56,448 nucleotides of DNA from a virus (Duplodnaviria > Caudoviricetes): positions 1 to 56,448 of IMG/VR virus record IMGVR_UViG_3300046804_006442. One strand, 5' to 3'. Positions 18,148-26,116 of this stretch are shown here, piece after piece. Position numbers and translations under genes: made by a program. The notes below the pieces were generated by a model. The model was not told the DNA's origin. It saw only the letters and a program-made list of their open reading frames with translations, and ran no database searches. Every line of letters begins with the position of its first letter. The stretch's first letter is position 1.

Positions 18148-18552
18148 ATGGATGTAATCAAGACCTACAATGCCCTGCAGGGGCCGGTGCGTGAGTTCCG
18201 CGAACTCCGGGGTCGTATACTGTGCCGCGCCGAGCAGGACGGCGAAGAGCTACGCCTGTATCTCACCGACGACCACTACGTGAGATTGTATCACGCCCAG
18301 GATTGCTGCGAGTCGGTCTGGATCGAAGACGTCTGTGGCGATCTCCAGGATCTCATAGGTGAGCCCTTGACCGAGGCCGAAGAAGTGCGGGGCTACACAG
18401 GTCCTGAACAAGATTACGAAAGTTATACCTGGACCTTTTACCGTTTTGGTACGCGTCGTGGTAGCGTTACTGTGCGTTGGTTGGGGCACAGCAATGGCTA
18501 CTACGGTGAAGGCGTAGATGTGGCCATCATAGGTGGTCCAGTGGAAGAATAA
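18148..18552 (+). CDS. conserved phage hypothetical protein (YHxQDCCESV motif)
   Basis: AAGGAG SD; QDCCESVWIED, TWTFY, SNGYY. Confidence 0.8.
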   Translation: MDVIKTYNALQGPVREFRELRGRILCRAEQDGEELRLYLTDDHYVRLYHAQDCCESVWIEDVCGDLQDLIGEPLTEAEEVRGYTGPEQDYESYTWTFYRFGTRRGSVTVRWLGHSNGYYGEGVDVAIIGGPVEE

Positions 18553-18553
18553 T

Positions 18554-18631
18554 GTCACCTTAGCTCAGTTGGACTAGAGCATCGGTCTACGAAACCGAGG
18601 GTCGGGAGTTCGAGTCTCTCAGGTGACGCCA
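18554..18631 (+). tRNA. tRNA-Arg(ACG)
   Basis: TCGGT-CTACGAA-ACCGA, CCA. Confidence 0.93.
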
Positions 18632-18637
18632 TACAAT

Positions 18638-18713
18638 GCCTGGTTGAGCAGAGAGGTTATGCACCTCCCTTACAAGGAGGACGATGTTGGTTCGAGTCCA
18701 ACACCAGGTACCA
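18638..18713 (+). tRNA. tRNA-Val(TAC)
   Basis: CCTCC-CTTACAA-GGAGG, CCA. Confidence 0.92.
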
Positions 18714-18720
18714 ATTATAT

Positions 18721-18794
18721 GTCGGTGTGGCCGAATGCTGAGGCTGAGGTCTGCAAAACCTCCTATGCTGGTTGGATTCCAGTCGCCGACTCCA
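18721..18794 (+). tRNA. tRNA-Cys(GCA)
   Basis: GAGGT-CTGCAAA-ACCTC, U73, CCA. Confidence 0.9.
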
Positions 18795-19548
18795 GACACA
18801 TTCGATTGAATTGTTCTATCCGTAGCAACAACTCATTTAAAGATATCGATGACTTCTTATTTTTACTTTGGTTATGTCGATGTGGAACAACTTGGCAGTT
18901 AGCAGGATGTGAGATTATAGTTGGGTCAACTTTATTGATGAACCCATCGCTAACTGAAAATAGGTGATCTCGAGAACATCCGTTAAGATTGTTACCTCGA
19001 TTTGATGCTGAATACCACCCATATTCAGAAATAAGAGACGATACATTAGAAAACCATTGTGGATATGAGCTCAGACTGAACTGAAATCGACATTGATACG
19101 CATAGGTCTTTTTATCTAATATTGTAGTTGGATGGATTGTTTTGATTGTAGGAGAATACCACTTTTTACCAGTTATTTTGCATGTGCAGAGATACACTCT
19201 AGTATGCGGGCCGCTTGCGTCCGGCAGCAATGTTGAACGCCTTTTCCGAGGTGCTTTTGGTTTTGGTGTTTTTGGTTTTGGCCCAGTAACAATCTTATCC
19301 CAATCTTTTTTGGAATTGTTATAAATCGCAGCACATGTTCTCCCACAAAACTTATTGGATTTCCTCCGTAGATATTCAATAGGTTTAGAACAGTTTTTAC
19401 ACAAGCACGGGCTTGACTCATACGCCTCAATTGATTTCTTATGTTTTACTTTACCATTGCGTTTACTAGAACAAGATAGAGAACAATATGTCCCGGTTGA
19501 TCCCGGGGATGGGGTAAAGAGTTTTTGGCAATAATAACAAGTTTTCAT
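18763..19548 (-). CDS. Zn-finger HNH-like homing endonuclease inserted antisense in tRNA array
   Basis: AT-rich; repeated CxxC..YCS/FCGxxC; C-terminal SRDH..HPANC..N; TAAATA upstream on minus strand. Confidence 0.75.
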   Translation of the reverse strand: MKTCYYCQKLFTPSPGSTGTYCSLSCSSKRNGKVKHKKSIEAYESSPCLCKNCSKPIEYLRRKSNKFCGRTCAAIYNNSKKDWDKIVTGPKPKTPKPKAPRKRRSTLLPDASGPHTRVYLCTCKITGKKWYSPTIKTIHPTTILDKKTYAYQCRFQFSLSSYPQWFSNVSSLISEYGWYSASNRGNNLNGCSRDHLFSVSDGFINKVDPTIISHPANCQVVPHRHNQSKNKKSSISLNELLLRIEQFNRMCLESATGIQPA

Positions 19549-19569
19549 AAAGTTATTTATGTTCAAAAC

Positions 19570-19606
19570 AGTATTAGTGTAGGTTCAAATCCAGCCCGTT
19601 GCTCCA
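19570..19606 (+). pseudogene. 3' half of a tRNA (T-arm + acceptor strand + CCA)
   Basis: GTAGGTTCAAATCCAGCCCGTTGCTCCA with no matching 5' half, directly after the endonuclease insert. Confidence 0.5.
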
Positions 19607-19614
19607 AGTTTCAT

Positions 19615-19689
19615 AGCCAGTTAGCTCAGCGGTAGAGCAATCGGTTGATAACCGATAGGTCATTGGTTCGATCCCAATATTGGCTACCA
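19615..19689 (+). tRNA. tRNA-Ile(GAT)
   Basis: ATCGG-TTGATAA-CCGAT, CCA. Confidence 0.93.
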
Positions 19690-19695
19690 AACACG

Positions 19696-19770
19696 GGTGA
19701 TATGGCCTAGACGGATGGGCACGGGACTCATAAGCCCGCGAGGTTGGATCGATACCAACTATCACCACCA
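19696..19770 (+). tRNA. tRNA-Met or Ile2 (CAT)
   Basis: CTCATAA loop, paired 1-72, CCA. Confidence 0.85.
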
Positions 19771-19771
19771 A

Positions 19772-19864
19772 GGAAGGGTTAGCCGAGATGGCCTAGCGGC
19801 GGCGGTTTCGAAAACCGCGGGCCCTGCGAGGGGCGTGTGAGTTCGAGTCTCACCTCTTCCGCCA
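19772..19864 (+). tRNA. tRNA-Ser(CGA)
   Basis: GCGGT-TTCGAAA-ACCGC, long V-arm, G73, CCA. Confidence 0.92.
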
Positions 19865-19870
19865 AAGAAT

Positions 19871-19967
19871 CTCAGCCCAGCAGACGTGCTGGGTATGATA
19901 ACTGCGCCTCCGATGTCACCGCGGGGGATGGAAATACCGGATTCGAGTCTCCGGTGCAACCGTTGAG
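19871..19967 (+). ncRNA. tRNA-like multi-stem RNA
   Basis: CTCAGC/GTTGAG closure, CCCAGCA/TGCTGGG hairpin, T-like ACCGGATTCGAGTCTCCGGT. Confidence 0.4.
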
Positions 19968-20002
19968 TCGGGAGAGAAAAACTAACAGGTGGCCGGAACA
20001 AT

Positions 20003-20074
20003 TGGGGTGAGACTGGAAGTCACACCTGCCTCTGAAGCAGGTTGGAGTTGGTTTGAGTCCAACCGCCCCCGCCA
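20003..20074 (+). tRNA. tRNA-Gln(CTG), reduced D-arm
   Basis: CCTGC-CTCTGAA-GCAGG, unpaired 1-72, GCCA. Confidence 0.82.
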
Positions 20075-20077
20075 GAT

Positions 20078-20169
20078 GGAGAGCTGCCAGAGCCCGGCTT
20101 AATGGCCCTGATTGGAAGTCAGTGGGCGCTGCAAGGCGCACAAAGGTTCGAATCCTTTGCTCTCCGCCA
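20078..20169 (+). tRNA. tRNA-Ser(GGA)
   Basis: TTGGAAG loop, long V-arm, GCCA. Confidence 0.9.
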
Positions 20170-20183
20170 TATATAACAACATC

Positions 20184-20257
20184 GCCCCCATAGTTAAATG
20201 GCATAACGCAGTCTTGGTAAGACTGAATAGAAAGTTCGATTCTTTCTGGGGGCACCA
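20184..20257 (+). tRNA. tRNA-Thr(GGT)
   Basis: CAGTC-TTGGTAA-GACTG, CCA. Confidence 0.93.
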
Positions 20258-20263
20258 GAATCT

Positions 20264-20351
20264 GGAAGAGTGGCAGAGTGGTTGAATGCACCGGTCTTGA
20301 AAACCGGCAGTCCTACGGGGCTCGTGAGTTCGAATCTCACTTCTTCCGCCA
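20264..20351 (+). tRNA. tRNA-Ser(TGA)
   Basis: CCGGT-CTTGAAA-ACCGG, long V-arm, GCCA. Confidence 0.93.
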
Positions 20352-20424
20352 GATGTGTTGCAACTAATCTTAGGGATTGAATGTTAGCCTAAGTTAAAAT
20401 GACAAAAATCATTCACAGATTTAT

Positions 20425-20503
20425 TCCCCATAATCCGAGCAAGGTGCACGGACGTGACTGTTAATCACTGACTAGCAAGGTTCAATTCCTTGATGGGGAG
20501 CCA
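20425..20503 (+). tRNA. tRNA-Asn(GTT)
   Basis: GTGA-CTGTTAA-TCAC, GCCA. Confidence 0.88.
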
Positions 20504-20510
20504 GAACAAT

Positions 20511-20596
20511 TGCGGGGTAGAGAGTAACGGTAGCTTGCGAGTCTCATAAGCTCGCGCCGCAAGGCCCAGGTGGTTCAATTCCATCCCCCGCTACCA
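20511..20596 (+). tRNA. initiator-like tRNA-Met(CAT) with extra variable-arm hairpin
   Basis: TGCGGGG/CCCCGCT with 1-72 mismatch, CTCATAA loop, GCC-GCAA-GGC V-arm. Confidence 0.82.
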
Positions 20597-20601
20597 AAAA
20601 T

Positions 20602-20676
20602 AGTCCCAAAGTGTTCATGGACGCATGCGAGCCTGTCACGCTCGAGGAAGGGGATCGTTACCCCTTGGGACTGCCA
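20602..20676 (+). tRNA. tRNA-Asp(GTC)
   Basis: CGAGC-CTGTCAC-GCTCG, GCCA. Confidence 0.9.
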
Positions 20677-20679
20677 GCA

Positions 20680-20780
20680 TTGAGATCGCACAGTAAAAAC
20701 AACGGGCGGGGTGTGCGGGTTCGATTCCCGGTTGAGGCGGGTGGAAGCCCGGCCTTGGCTGCGCCCAGATCTCAAGACCA
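20680..20780 (+). ncRNA. tRNA-like RNA with internal T-arm (possibly Y RNA/YrlA-like)
   Basis: TTGAGATC/GATCTCAA closing stem, central CGGGTTCGATTCCCG, ends ACCA. Confidence 0.45.
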
Positions 20781-20849
20781 GTACTCCTGTCACCACACCC
20801 TCACTGAGTAGCGCAGGGAAGGGCAGCGTGAGGGCTGCCCGAGAGTTTT

Positions 20850-20935
20850 GCCCCGGTGGTGGAATTGGCAGACACGCGAGCTTCAGGTGCTCGTGCTCAC
20901 AAGGCTTAGGAGTTCGAGTCTCCTCTGGGGCACCA
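20850..20935 (+). tRNA. tRNA-Leu(CAG)
   Basis: CGAGC-TTCAGGT-GCTCG, V-arm, ACCA. Confidence 0.93.
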
Positions 20936-20967
20936 AATACACAGCAGAATCAATGACTCGGCAGTGG

Positions 20968-20996
20968 TTGACCACAATCATCAAACTGCCTATAAT
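20968..20996 (+). promoter_or_regulatory. sigma70 promoter
   Basis: TTGACC-17 nt-TATAAT. Confidence 0.75.
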
Positions 20997-21015
20997 AGCG
21001 GCATAAGTTAGTAAT

Positions 21016-21028
21016 TGCTCTTTAACAA
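21016..21028 (+). promoter_or_regulatory. rrn-type boxA antitermination site
   Basis: TGCTCTTTAACAA, the rRNA-leader boxA consensus, 20 nt after the -10 box. Confidence 0.8.
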
Positions 21029-21029
21029 T

Positions 21030-21152
21030 GCGGCTTTATTCACATGCGCATCTGGGCACTCGGCCGATGCCCTGCATAGTGCAGCCGCGCTCCCTTGGGA
21101 GCGTTCGAGGTGGATGGTGAAAATCCATTGATGTGCAGTTGAATAAGGCTGT
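21030..21152 (+). ncRNA. long-stem multi-branch RNA
   Basis: GCGGCTTTATTCA/TGAATAAGGCTGT closing stem with three internal hairpins. Confidence 0.5.
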
Positions 21153-21250
21153 AACAGTTTATTGGAACATGTGGCGAGATTCCAAAGGGTCGGTGATGTG
21201 TAGTGCAGCATCTGCCAATAGTGACCAAACCACCTCTGAGTCCAAATTTT

Positions 21251-21410
21251 TTGTTAGATTGAAATGTGTTGCTAGTTTAAAGAAAACATGCTTGGCCCTA
21301 AGGCAGCGGTTTTCTCTAAAGGTCATGGGATACTGTGACCACGGAGTCGACCACTTAGTAGGCATATTGGGTGTGGGCAGTGCATCCGGCAGCATATTTC
21401 AATGTAACAA
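21251..21410 (+). ncRNA. long-stem RNA (ATTGAAA...TTTCAAT family)
   Basis: 22-bp closing stem with one mismatch. Confidence 0.5.
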
Positions 21411-21418
21411 TACAGTAG

Positions 21419-21490
21419 CCATATTGAAACACATTGGACCCCCGCAGGGGATGGTTGACAACAGGCTCATGCCAGTGTGTTTCGATATGG
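21419..21490 (+). ncRNA. long-stem RNA (ATTGAAACACATT...AGTGTGTTTCGAT family)
   Basis: 19-bp closing stem with G-U pairs. Confidence 0.5.
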
Positions 21491-21492
21491 TA

Positions 21493-21629
21493 ACAGGTGG
21501 CAGCATGAGCGTGGTGTGATCCTCGAGGTAAGCGCCCGGACATGCGCTCACTCGTGCAGAGCAGTCGGGCGGCCGCCCGGCCTCGGTGGAGTGAGAGATA
21601 TGGGTTCGATTCCCATCTACTTGTGACCA
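21493..21629 (+). ncRNA. enlarged tRNA-like RNA (~137 nt)
   Basis: ACAGGTGG/CTACTTGT acceptor-like stem, ATGGGTTCGATTCCCAT T-arm, CCA end, large central insert. Confidence 0.5.
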
Positions 21630-21728
21630 TATTGAAGCGCATTCAAACACTGTGGCCACAGTGCAGCTGGATGCAGGGTTATACTATGACCCGTTGGGTT
21701 CGATTCCCAGAGTGTGTTTCAATATGGT
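21626..21728 (+). ncRNA. long-stem RNA enclosing a cloverleaf-like module with T-arm
   Basis: ACCATATTGAAGCGCATTC/GAGTGTGTTTCAATATGGT 19 bp; TGGGTTCGATTCCCA inside. Confidence 0.55.
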
Positions 21729-21740
21729 ATTACCCTATAT

Positions 21741-21814
21741 GCGGGATTAGTTTAATGGTAAAACGAGTGCCTTCCAAGCACACGTCAGCGGTTCGATTCC
21801 GCTATCCCGCTCCA
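21741..21814 (+). tRNA. tRNA-Gly(TCC)
   Basis: GTGC-CTTCCAA-GCAC, TCCA. Confidence 0.93.
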
Positions 21815-21819
21815 GATTC

Positions 21820-22140
21820 TGGTTCTTGTCTATATAGCCTCGACCTGTAGGGTTCCGATCTCTACCACTGCCTGGCCCCAAAGCCGGGTCCAAAGATATT
21901 ATGTGAAATATATAGGTGGCATACCGGGACAAACGGCACAGCGGATTAGACACCTGCTGGGAACCGGACCCAATCCCTGAGTCCAGGCAGGTAGCCCTGG
22001 AACACTAGCGACAGTGAGTCAACGTGGAACTCAAACGTTGGGCGTGAAAGAGCCGGTGGTTGACTGTGACGAGCCGGTAAGGAAATGCGCAGCACGGAAC
22101 AGCGGACCCTAAACCAAGATCACGAAGGTCCATGTGATCA
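21820..22140 (+). ncRNA. unassigned ~320-nt structured RNA
   Basis: No convincing ORF; long-range TAGGGTTCCG/CGGACCCTA and CTGCCTGG/CCAGGCAG pairings. Confidence 0.45.
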
Positions 22141-22144
22141 TTTT

Positions 22145-22221
22145 GCCCTGGTGACGGAATTGGCATACGTACTGGTCTTAGAAGCCAGGTTTTGTGGGTT
22201 CGAGTCCCACCTGGGGCACCA
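22145..22221 (+). tRNA. tRNA-Leu(TAG), short variable loop
   Basis: CTGGT-CTTAGAA-GCCAG, ACCA. Confidence 0.9.
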
Positions 22222-22308
22222 TATTCAAGCACATTCTTGTTAGACTGAAACCCTGGTAGAATGCCGATTGGCCGCTTCCAACCCCGGGCATAGAGTGTGC
22301 TCCAATCT
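22222..22308 (+). ncRNA. long-stem RNA (AGCACATTCT/AGAGTGTGCT family)
   Basis: Same closing-stem motif as the 21419 and 21626 elements. Confidence 0.45.
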
Positions 22309-22400
22309 GGAGAGTTGGCTGAGTGGCTGAAGGCAGCGGTTTGCTAAACCGTCGACCGGGGAAACCCGGTCCATAGGTTCGAATCCTATACTCTCCGCCA
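22309..22400 (+). tRNA. tRNA-Ser(GCT)
   Basis: GCGGT-TTGCTAA-ACCGT, long V-arm, GCCA. Confidence 0.93.
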
Positions 22401-22475
22401 AAACACTATGGTTTCTGGATACCTGCATCCAGTGCCGGCGGGTAAGCCGCTATTTTTTCAATCACGAGGTGACGT

Positions 22476-22958
22476 ATGAAGATGAAACTAAACATCCCGG
22501 AAGTGGTTGAGTTCATAAGAGCCCAATCACCCGAAACCCGGATCTACCTGGGTTGCGACAGTGAACGCTATCGCGTTGACAATGTCTGGTATGCCGACTA
22601 CATTCTTGCCGTGGTCGTACACATGGACGGAAATCACGGCTGTCGCCTGTTTGGTGAGGTCGTGACCGAGCGTGATTACGATCAGCGGCGCGATAGGCCC
22701 GCTACCCGGCTCATGACCGAAGTCTACAAGATCTCGGAACTGTATCTCCAGCTGGCCGAAGTCCTGGAAGGACGGCATGTGGAAGTGCACCTCGACATCA
22801 ACCCCGACGAACAGTTCGGTTCCAGCTGCGTGATCCAGCAGGCCGTGGGTTATATCAAGGGTGTATGCAACGTCATACCCATGGTCAAGCCCGACGCTTT
22901 CGCTGCCAGCTATGCCGCTGACCGCCTCAAGCACGTCAGCAGCTACCGCGCAGCATAA
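22476..22958 (+). CDS. RNase H-like YkuK/DUF458 family protein
   Basis: IYLGCDS, RLMTEV, EVHLDIN, KPDAFAASYAAD. Confidence 0.85.
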   Translation: MKMKLNIPEVVEFIRAQSPETRIYLGCDSERYRVDNVWYADYILAVVVHMDGNHGCRLFGEVVTERDYDQRRDRPATRLMTEVYKISELYLQLAEVLEGRHVEVHLDINPDEQFGSSCVIQQAVGYIKGVCNVIPMVKPDAFAASYAADRLKHVSSYRAA

Positions 22959-23020
22959 TCTGACCCGCTTACACTAGCGGCATAAATCCAAGTGGAGGCC
23001 GGTGCAATCCCGGCCACGAT

Positions 23021-23094
23021 GCGGGCTTAGTTTAGTGGTAAAATCAGTCGTTGCCAACGATTAGTTGAGAGTTCGATTCTCTCAGCCCGCACCA
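23021..23094 (+). tRNA. tRNA-Gly(GCC)
   Basis: AGTCG-TTGCCAA-CGATT, CCA. Confidence 0.92.
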
Positions 23095-23109
23095 AACTAA
23101 TTACAATAT

Positions 23110-23628
23110 ATGGATACTCTACGATTACAGCTCGCCTGCACCTATTGCAATGGGTGGCCACGATTACGTGTACGATTGCAGAATGATCTCATATATGATT
23201 TCGCCCCGGACCAAGCCCAGGTCGATCTAGCAGTTGATTTGCCCCAGACTCCTGGACCCTGTTGGATCGAGATCGAGCGTTGGGGCAAGACCGCAGCAAA
23301 CACCCAAGACGGCGCGGATCAAGTCGTGGAGATCAAACAACTCTACGTTAATGACATGGCGATACCGCAATGGTTTTTATGGGGGAACAGTCAATTTCGT
23401 TTCAATGATCAATGCCAGCAATCGTTGATCATGGCGCCGAACGGTGTCTGGCGGTTGGATTTCGCGACCCCGCTGATCACCCACATATTGGATCAAAAGA
23501 TCCTGCACGAAGCTCAATACAACCAGGATTACCAATATCCCTGGAGTTATAAATTTGGTCCCGGGCAGACTGAAGAATTAGATCGAGAATTGGCGAACGC
23601 CATGGATCTGGTGAGGTCTAAGTTATGA
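23110..23628 (+). CDS. hypothetical protein coupled to radical SAM gene
   Basis: ATGA overlap with next gene. Confidence 0.7.
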   Translation: MDTLRLQLACTYCNGWPRLRVRLQNDLIYDFAPDQAQVDLAVDLPQTPGPCWIEIERWGKTAANTQDGADQVVEIKQLYVNDMAIPQWFLWGNSQFRFNDQCQQSLIMAPNGVWRLDFATPLITHILDQKILHEAQYNQDYQYPWSYKFGPGQTEELDRELANAMDLVRSKL

Positions 23629-25112
23629 CCCGGATATCCTGTGTTTCCGTGGATCTGGTCAATGCTGATAAACCTCCGGCCTCGCTGGCTTTTTTGGCCG
23701 CGGCCTGTGAGGAAGCCCAGGTCGATTATCAATGCATCAGTTTCAACGCTTGTTTTTTATCAAGATTTGACCAGTCTACCATGAGTCAAGTCTATAACAA
23801 CGTAATCAAGCTGGGTCGTACCGAACCAGTGATAGAGACACTAAACCCCGCGATCGCGGCTGTGGTATCCGACATCAAGAGCTATGGTTCTACCATCGTG
23901 TTGGTTTCGGTGTTTACCTTTATGCAGCACGATTTGGCCCGGCATTTCCTGACCCGGCTGCGGCAAGAATTACCGCAGGTCACTGTGGTAGTAGGTGGAC
24001 CAGGCACACCCAGCAGGTATCAAGAATACCCCACGTTTGGTAGATTTTTAGTGCAGCAAGGACTCGCGGATTTTTACTGCCTTGGTGAAGGCGATCGAGT
24101 GCTGCCAAGATTTTTAGCCGGTGAACGAGACCTAGTGGGTATAAACCATCCAGGATCGCCGGAGGAGACATGGGTACCGCAGATCGATGATCTGGATCGG
24201 GACTATCTGATTCCCAGTTACAAGAAAATACGTGTAGATGTATACAACAACCTCGAAAACAAAAACTCAGCGGTCTATCCAATCAACACCAGCCGTGGCT
24301 GCGTGAGAGATTGTTCTTTCTGCGACGTAGGTGCTACCTGGAAAAAATTCAGATTCCGCAGCGGACATCATGTGGCGCAAGAAATACTACAGCACCATCG
24401 GGATATCGGGGCGGTAAATTTTACTCTCGTTGACTCGTTGATAAACGGTAGCCTGAAAAGTTTCCGCGAGTTTAACGAACAGATGATCGATCTCAAGACC
24501 CAGCATCCCGGGCTCAAAGGATTCAGTTACAATGGCATGTTTATAGTCCGGGATCGGCGCAGTCATCCCGAAGATCTGTTCAAGACCATGGCCGAGGCCG
24601 GATGTGAGAGTTTGGCCATAGGTGTTGAGACCGGCAGTGATCGAGTACGGTTTGCCATGAATAAAAAATTCACCAACCAGGATCTCGATTGGCATTTTGA
24701 AATGTGTAGCAAATATCGGATCAAGAATGTGATGCTGATGTTTGTGGCCTATCCCACAGAAACCCGGGATGATTTCAACCAGACCCTGGCCATGTTGGAT
24801 CGATATCAAAAATATCTATTAGATGACACTATCTTGGGGATCAATGCCTCGGGCGTGTTTTCTTTGTTAGAGCATGCTCCGGTCTTTGAGAATCGTGAGC
24901 AACTGGGTATCGTTTTACAGAAAGATTGGAAACACCGGCGGCTACAATGGTTTAACCAAAATAATCCAGATCTCACGCTGCGTGAAAGAATCATGCGAGA
25001 TCTTGAATTCCGACGCCATGCGTTGAAACTAAGGTATCCTATACCTTATGCTCGGAGATATATGCAATATCTCGCCGAGATCGATGCTGACTTCGTGTTG
25101 CAAAGTGACTAA
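23625..25112 (+). CDS. B12-binding domain radical SAM protein
   Basis: PPASLAFL, VVGGPG, GEGD, TSRGCVRDCSFC, DSLING, GVETGS, YPTET. Confidence 0.9.
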   Translation: MTRISCVSVDLVNADKPPASLAFLAAACEEAQVDYQCISFNACFLSRFDQSTMSQVYNNVIKLGRTEPVIETLNPAIAAVVSDIKSYGSTIVLVSVFTFMQHDLARHFLTRLRQELPQVTVVVGGPGTPSRYQEYPTFGRFLVQQGLADFYCLGEGDRVLPRFLAGERDLVGINHPGSPEETWVPQIDDLDRDYLIPSYKKIRVDVYNNLENKNSAVYPINTSRGCVRDCSFCDVGATWKKFRFRSGHHVAQEILQHHRDIGAVNFTLVDSLINGSLKSFREFNEQMIDLKTQHPGLKGFSYNGMFIVRDRRSHPEDLFKTMAEAGCESLAIGVETGSDRVRFAMNKKFTNQDLDWHFEMCSKYRIKNVMLMFVAYPTETRDDFNQTLAMLDRYQKYLLDDTILGINASGVFSLLEHAPVFENREQLGIVLQKDWKHRRLQWFNQNNPDLTLRERIMRDLEFRRHALKLRYPIPYARRYMQYLAEIDADFVLQSD

Positions 25113-25115
25113 CAT

Positions 25116-25193
25116 CTGCCCTTAGCTCAGTGGACTCAGAGCAGTGAGCTTCTACCTCACGGGTCGGGGGTTCGAATCCCTCAGGGCGGACCA
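25116..25193 (+). tRNA. tRNA-Arg(TCT)
   Basis: GTGAG-CTTCTAC-CTCAC, CCA. Confidence 0.92.
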
Positions 25194-25224
25194 GTATTTG
25201 AATCGATAAATATTCCAATAAGGA

Positions 25225-25548
25225 ATGATTATGTCAACTACATTTAACTGGACCGTGGAGAAAATGATCTGCGCACCTGAACTCGAGGGTCACACAGATG
25301 TGGTAACATCGGTGATGTTCGCATGTGCGGGCACAGATGGTACCCACGGCGCAGAAATACGCGATACCTGCGCTATTCCATATCACGCTGATAGCTTCGT
25401 CGCTTATCAGGATCTTACCCAGGATCAAGTGCTGGCATGGTTGGATGCTCAAGGCATCAACCGTCCTTATATCGAACAATTGGTGCAGCAAAAGATCAGC
25501 GATCAATATCAAAATCTGCAGATCCAAGATCCGCCCTGGGTTTCTTAG
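25225..25548 (+). CDS. conserved phage hypothetical protein
   Basis: AAGGA SD; FVAYQDLTQDQVLAW..PPW motif common in small phage proteins. Confidence 0.75.
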   Translation: MIMSTTFNWTVEKMICAPELEGHTDVVTSVMFACAGTDGTHGAEIRDTCAIPYHADSFVAYQDLTQDQVLAWLDAQGINRPYIEQLVQQKISDQYQNLQIQDPPWVS

Positions 25549-25580
25549 ATCAGTAGCACCAACAGCGTAAATAGATTTAC

Positions 25581-25656
25581 GGGGGTATAGCTCAGCTGGG
25601 AGAGCGCTAGCTTTGCAAGCTAGATGTCGTCAGTTCGATCCTGACTACCTCCACCA
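25581..25656 (+). tRNA. tRNA-Ala(TGC)
   Basis: G3-U70, CTAGC-TTTGCAA-GCTAG, CCA. Confidence 0.94.
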
Positions 25657-25660
25657 AATT

Positions 25661-26113
25661 ATGTTTGAACTACGAACCAAAACAAGATCATGTGGGGGCT
25701 GCACCCGGTGCTGCGAAGGTTGGCTCACCGGCGATGCCTGGGGACATCAATTCCACCCCGGTAAGCCCTGCGGTTGGTTGTGCCGGTCGGGTTGCCTCAT
25801 ATATGAGAACCGGCCCCGCAATCCTTGCCAGACCTTCTTGTGCGAGTGGAAACGCCTGCCCAGCATACCCGAGTGGATGCGGCCCCAGGAATCTGGGGTC
25901 ATACTGGTATCGCGGCGCTTGGATGAATACAGTTATATACGCGCCCATGCCTGCGGTCGCCCTGTGGAGCCGAAGGTCTTGACCTGGGCCCAGGAATACA
26001 GCGATCAGCATCAGGTGCCGGTCATAGTAGATGCTGACACAGGTGTTTGGTGTTTTAGCCCCGAATCAGGATTCCGGATCGCGGCAGCCAATTTATGGAA
26101 TTTGGTAAACTAG
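25661..26113 (+). CDS. YkgJ-like CxxCxxCC Fe-S/Zn cluster protein
   Basis: CGGCTRCC..C..L...GC.IYENRP..C..F.C. Confidence 0.8.
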   Translation: MFELRTKTRSCGGCTRCCEGWLTGDAWGHQFHPGKPCGWLCRSGCLIYENRPRNPCQTFLCEWKRLPSIPEWMRPQESGVILVSRRLDEYSYIRAHACGRPVEPKVLTWAQEYSDQHQVPVIVDADTGVWCFSPESGFRIAAANLWNLVN

Positions 26114-26116
26114 CGG

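Noticed and set aside
16900-22460. Many 60-130 aa ORFs on both strands across the tRNA array
   Set aside because: They overlap clear tRNAs or structured RNAs and lack SDs or motifs; only 18148-18552 and 18763-19548 were kept.
22960-23020. T-arm-like hairpin GGCCGGTGCAATCCCGGCC before tRNA-Gly
   Set aside because: Too short to call as a tRNA or a cobalamin riboswitch; other required elements are not evident.
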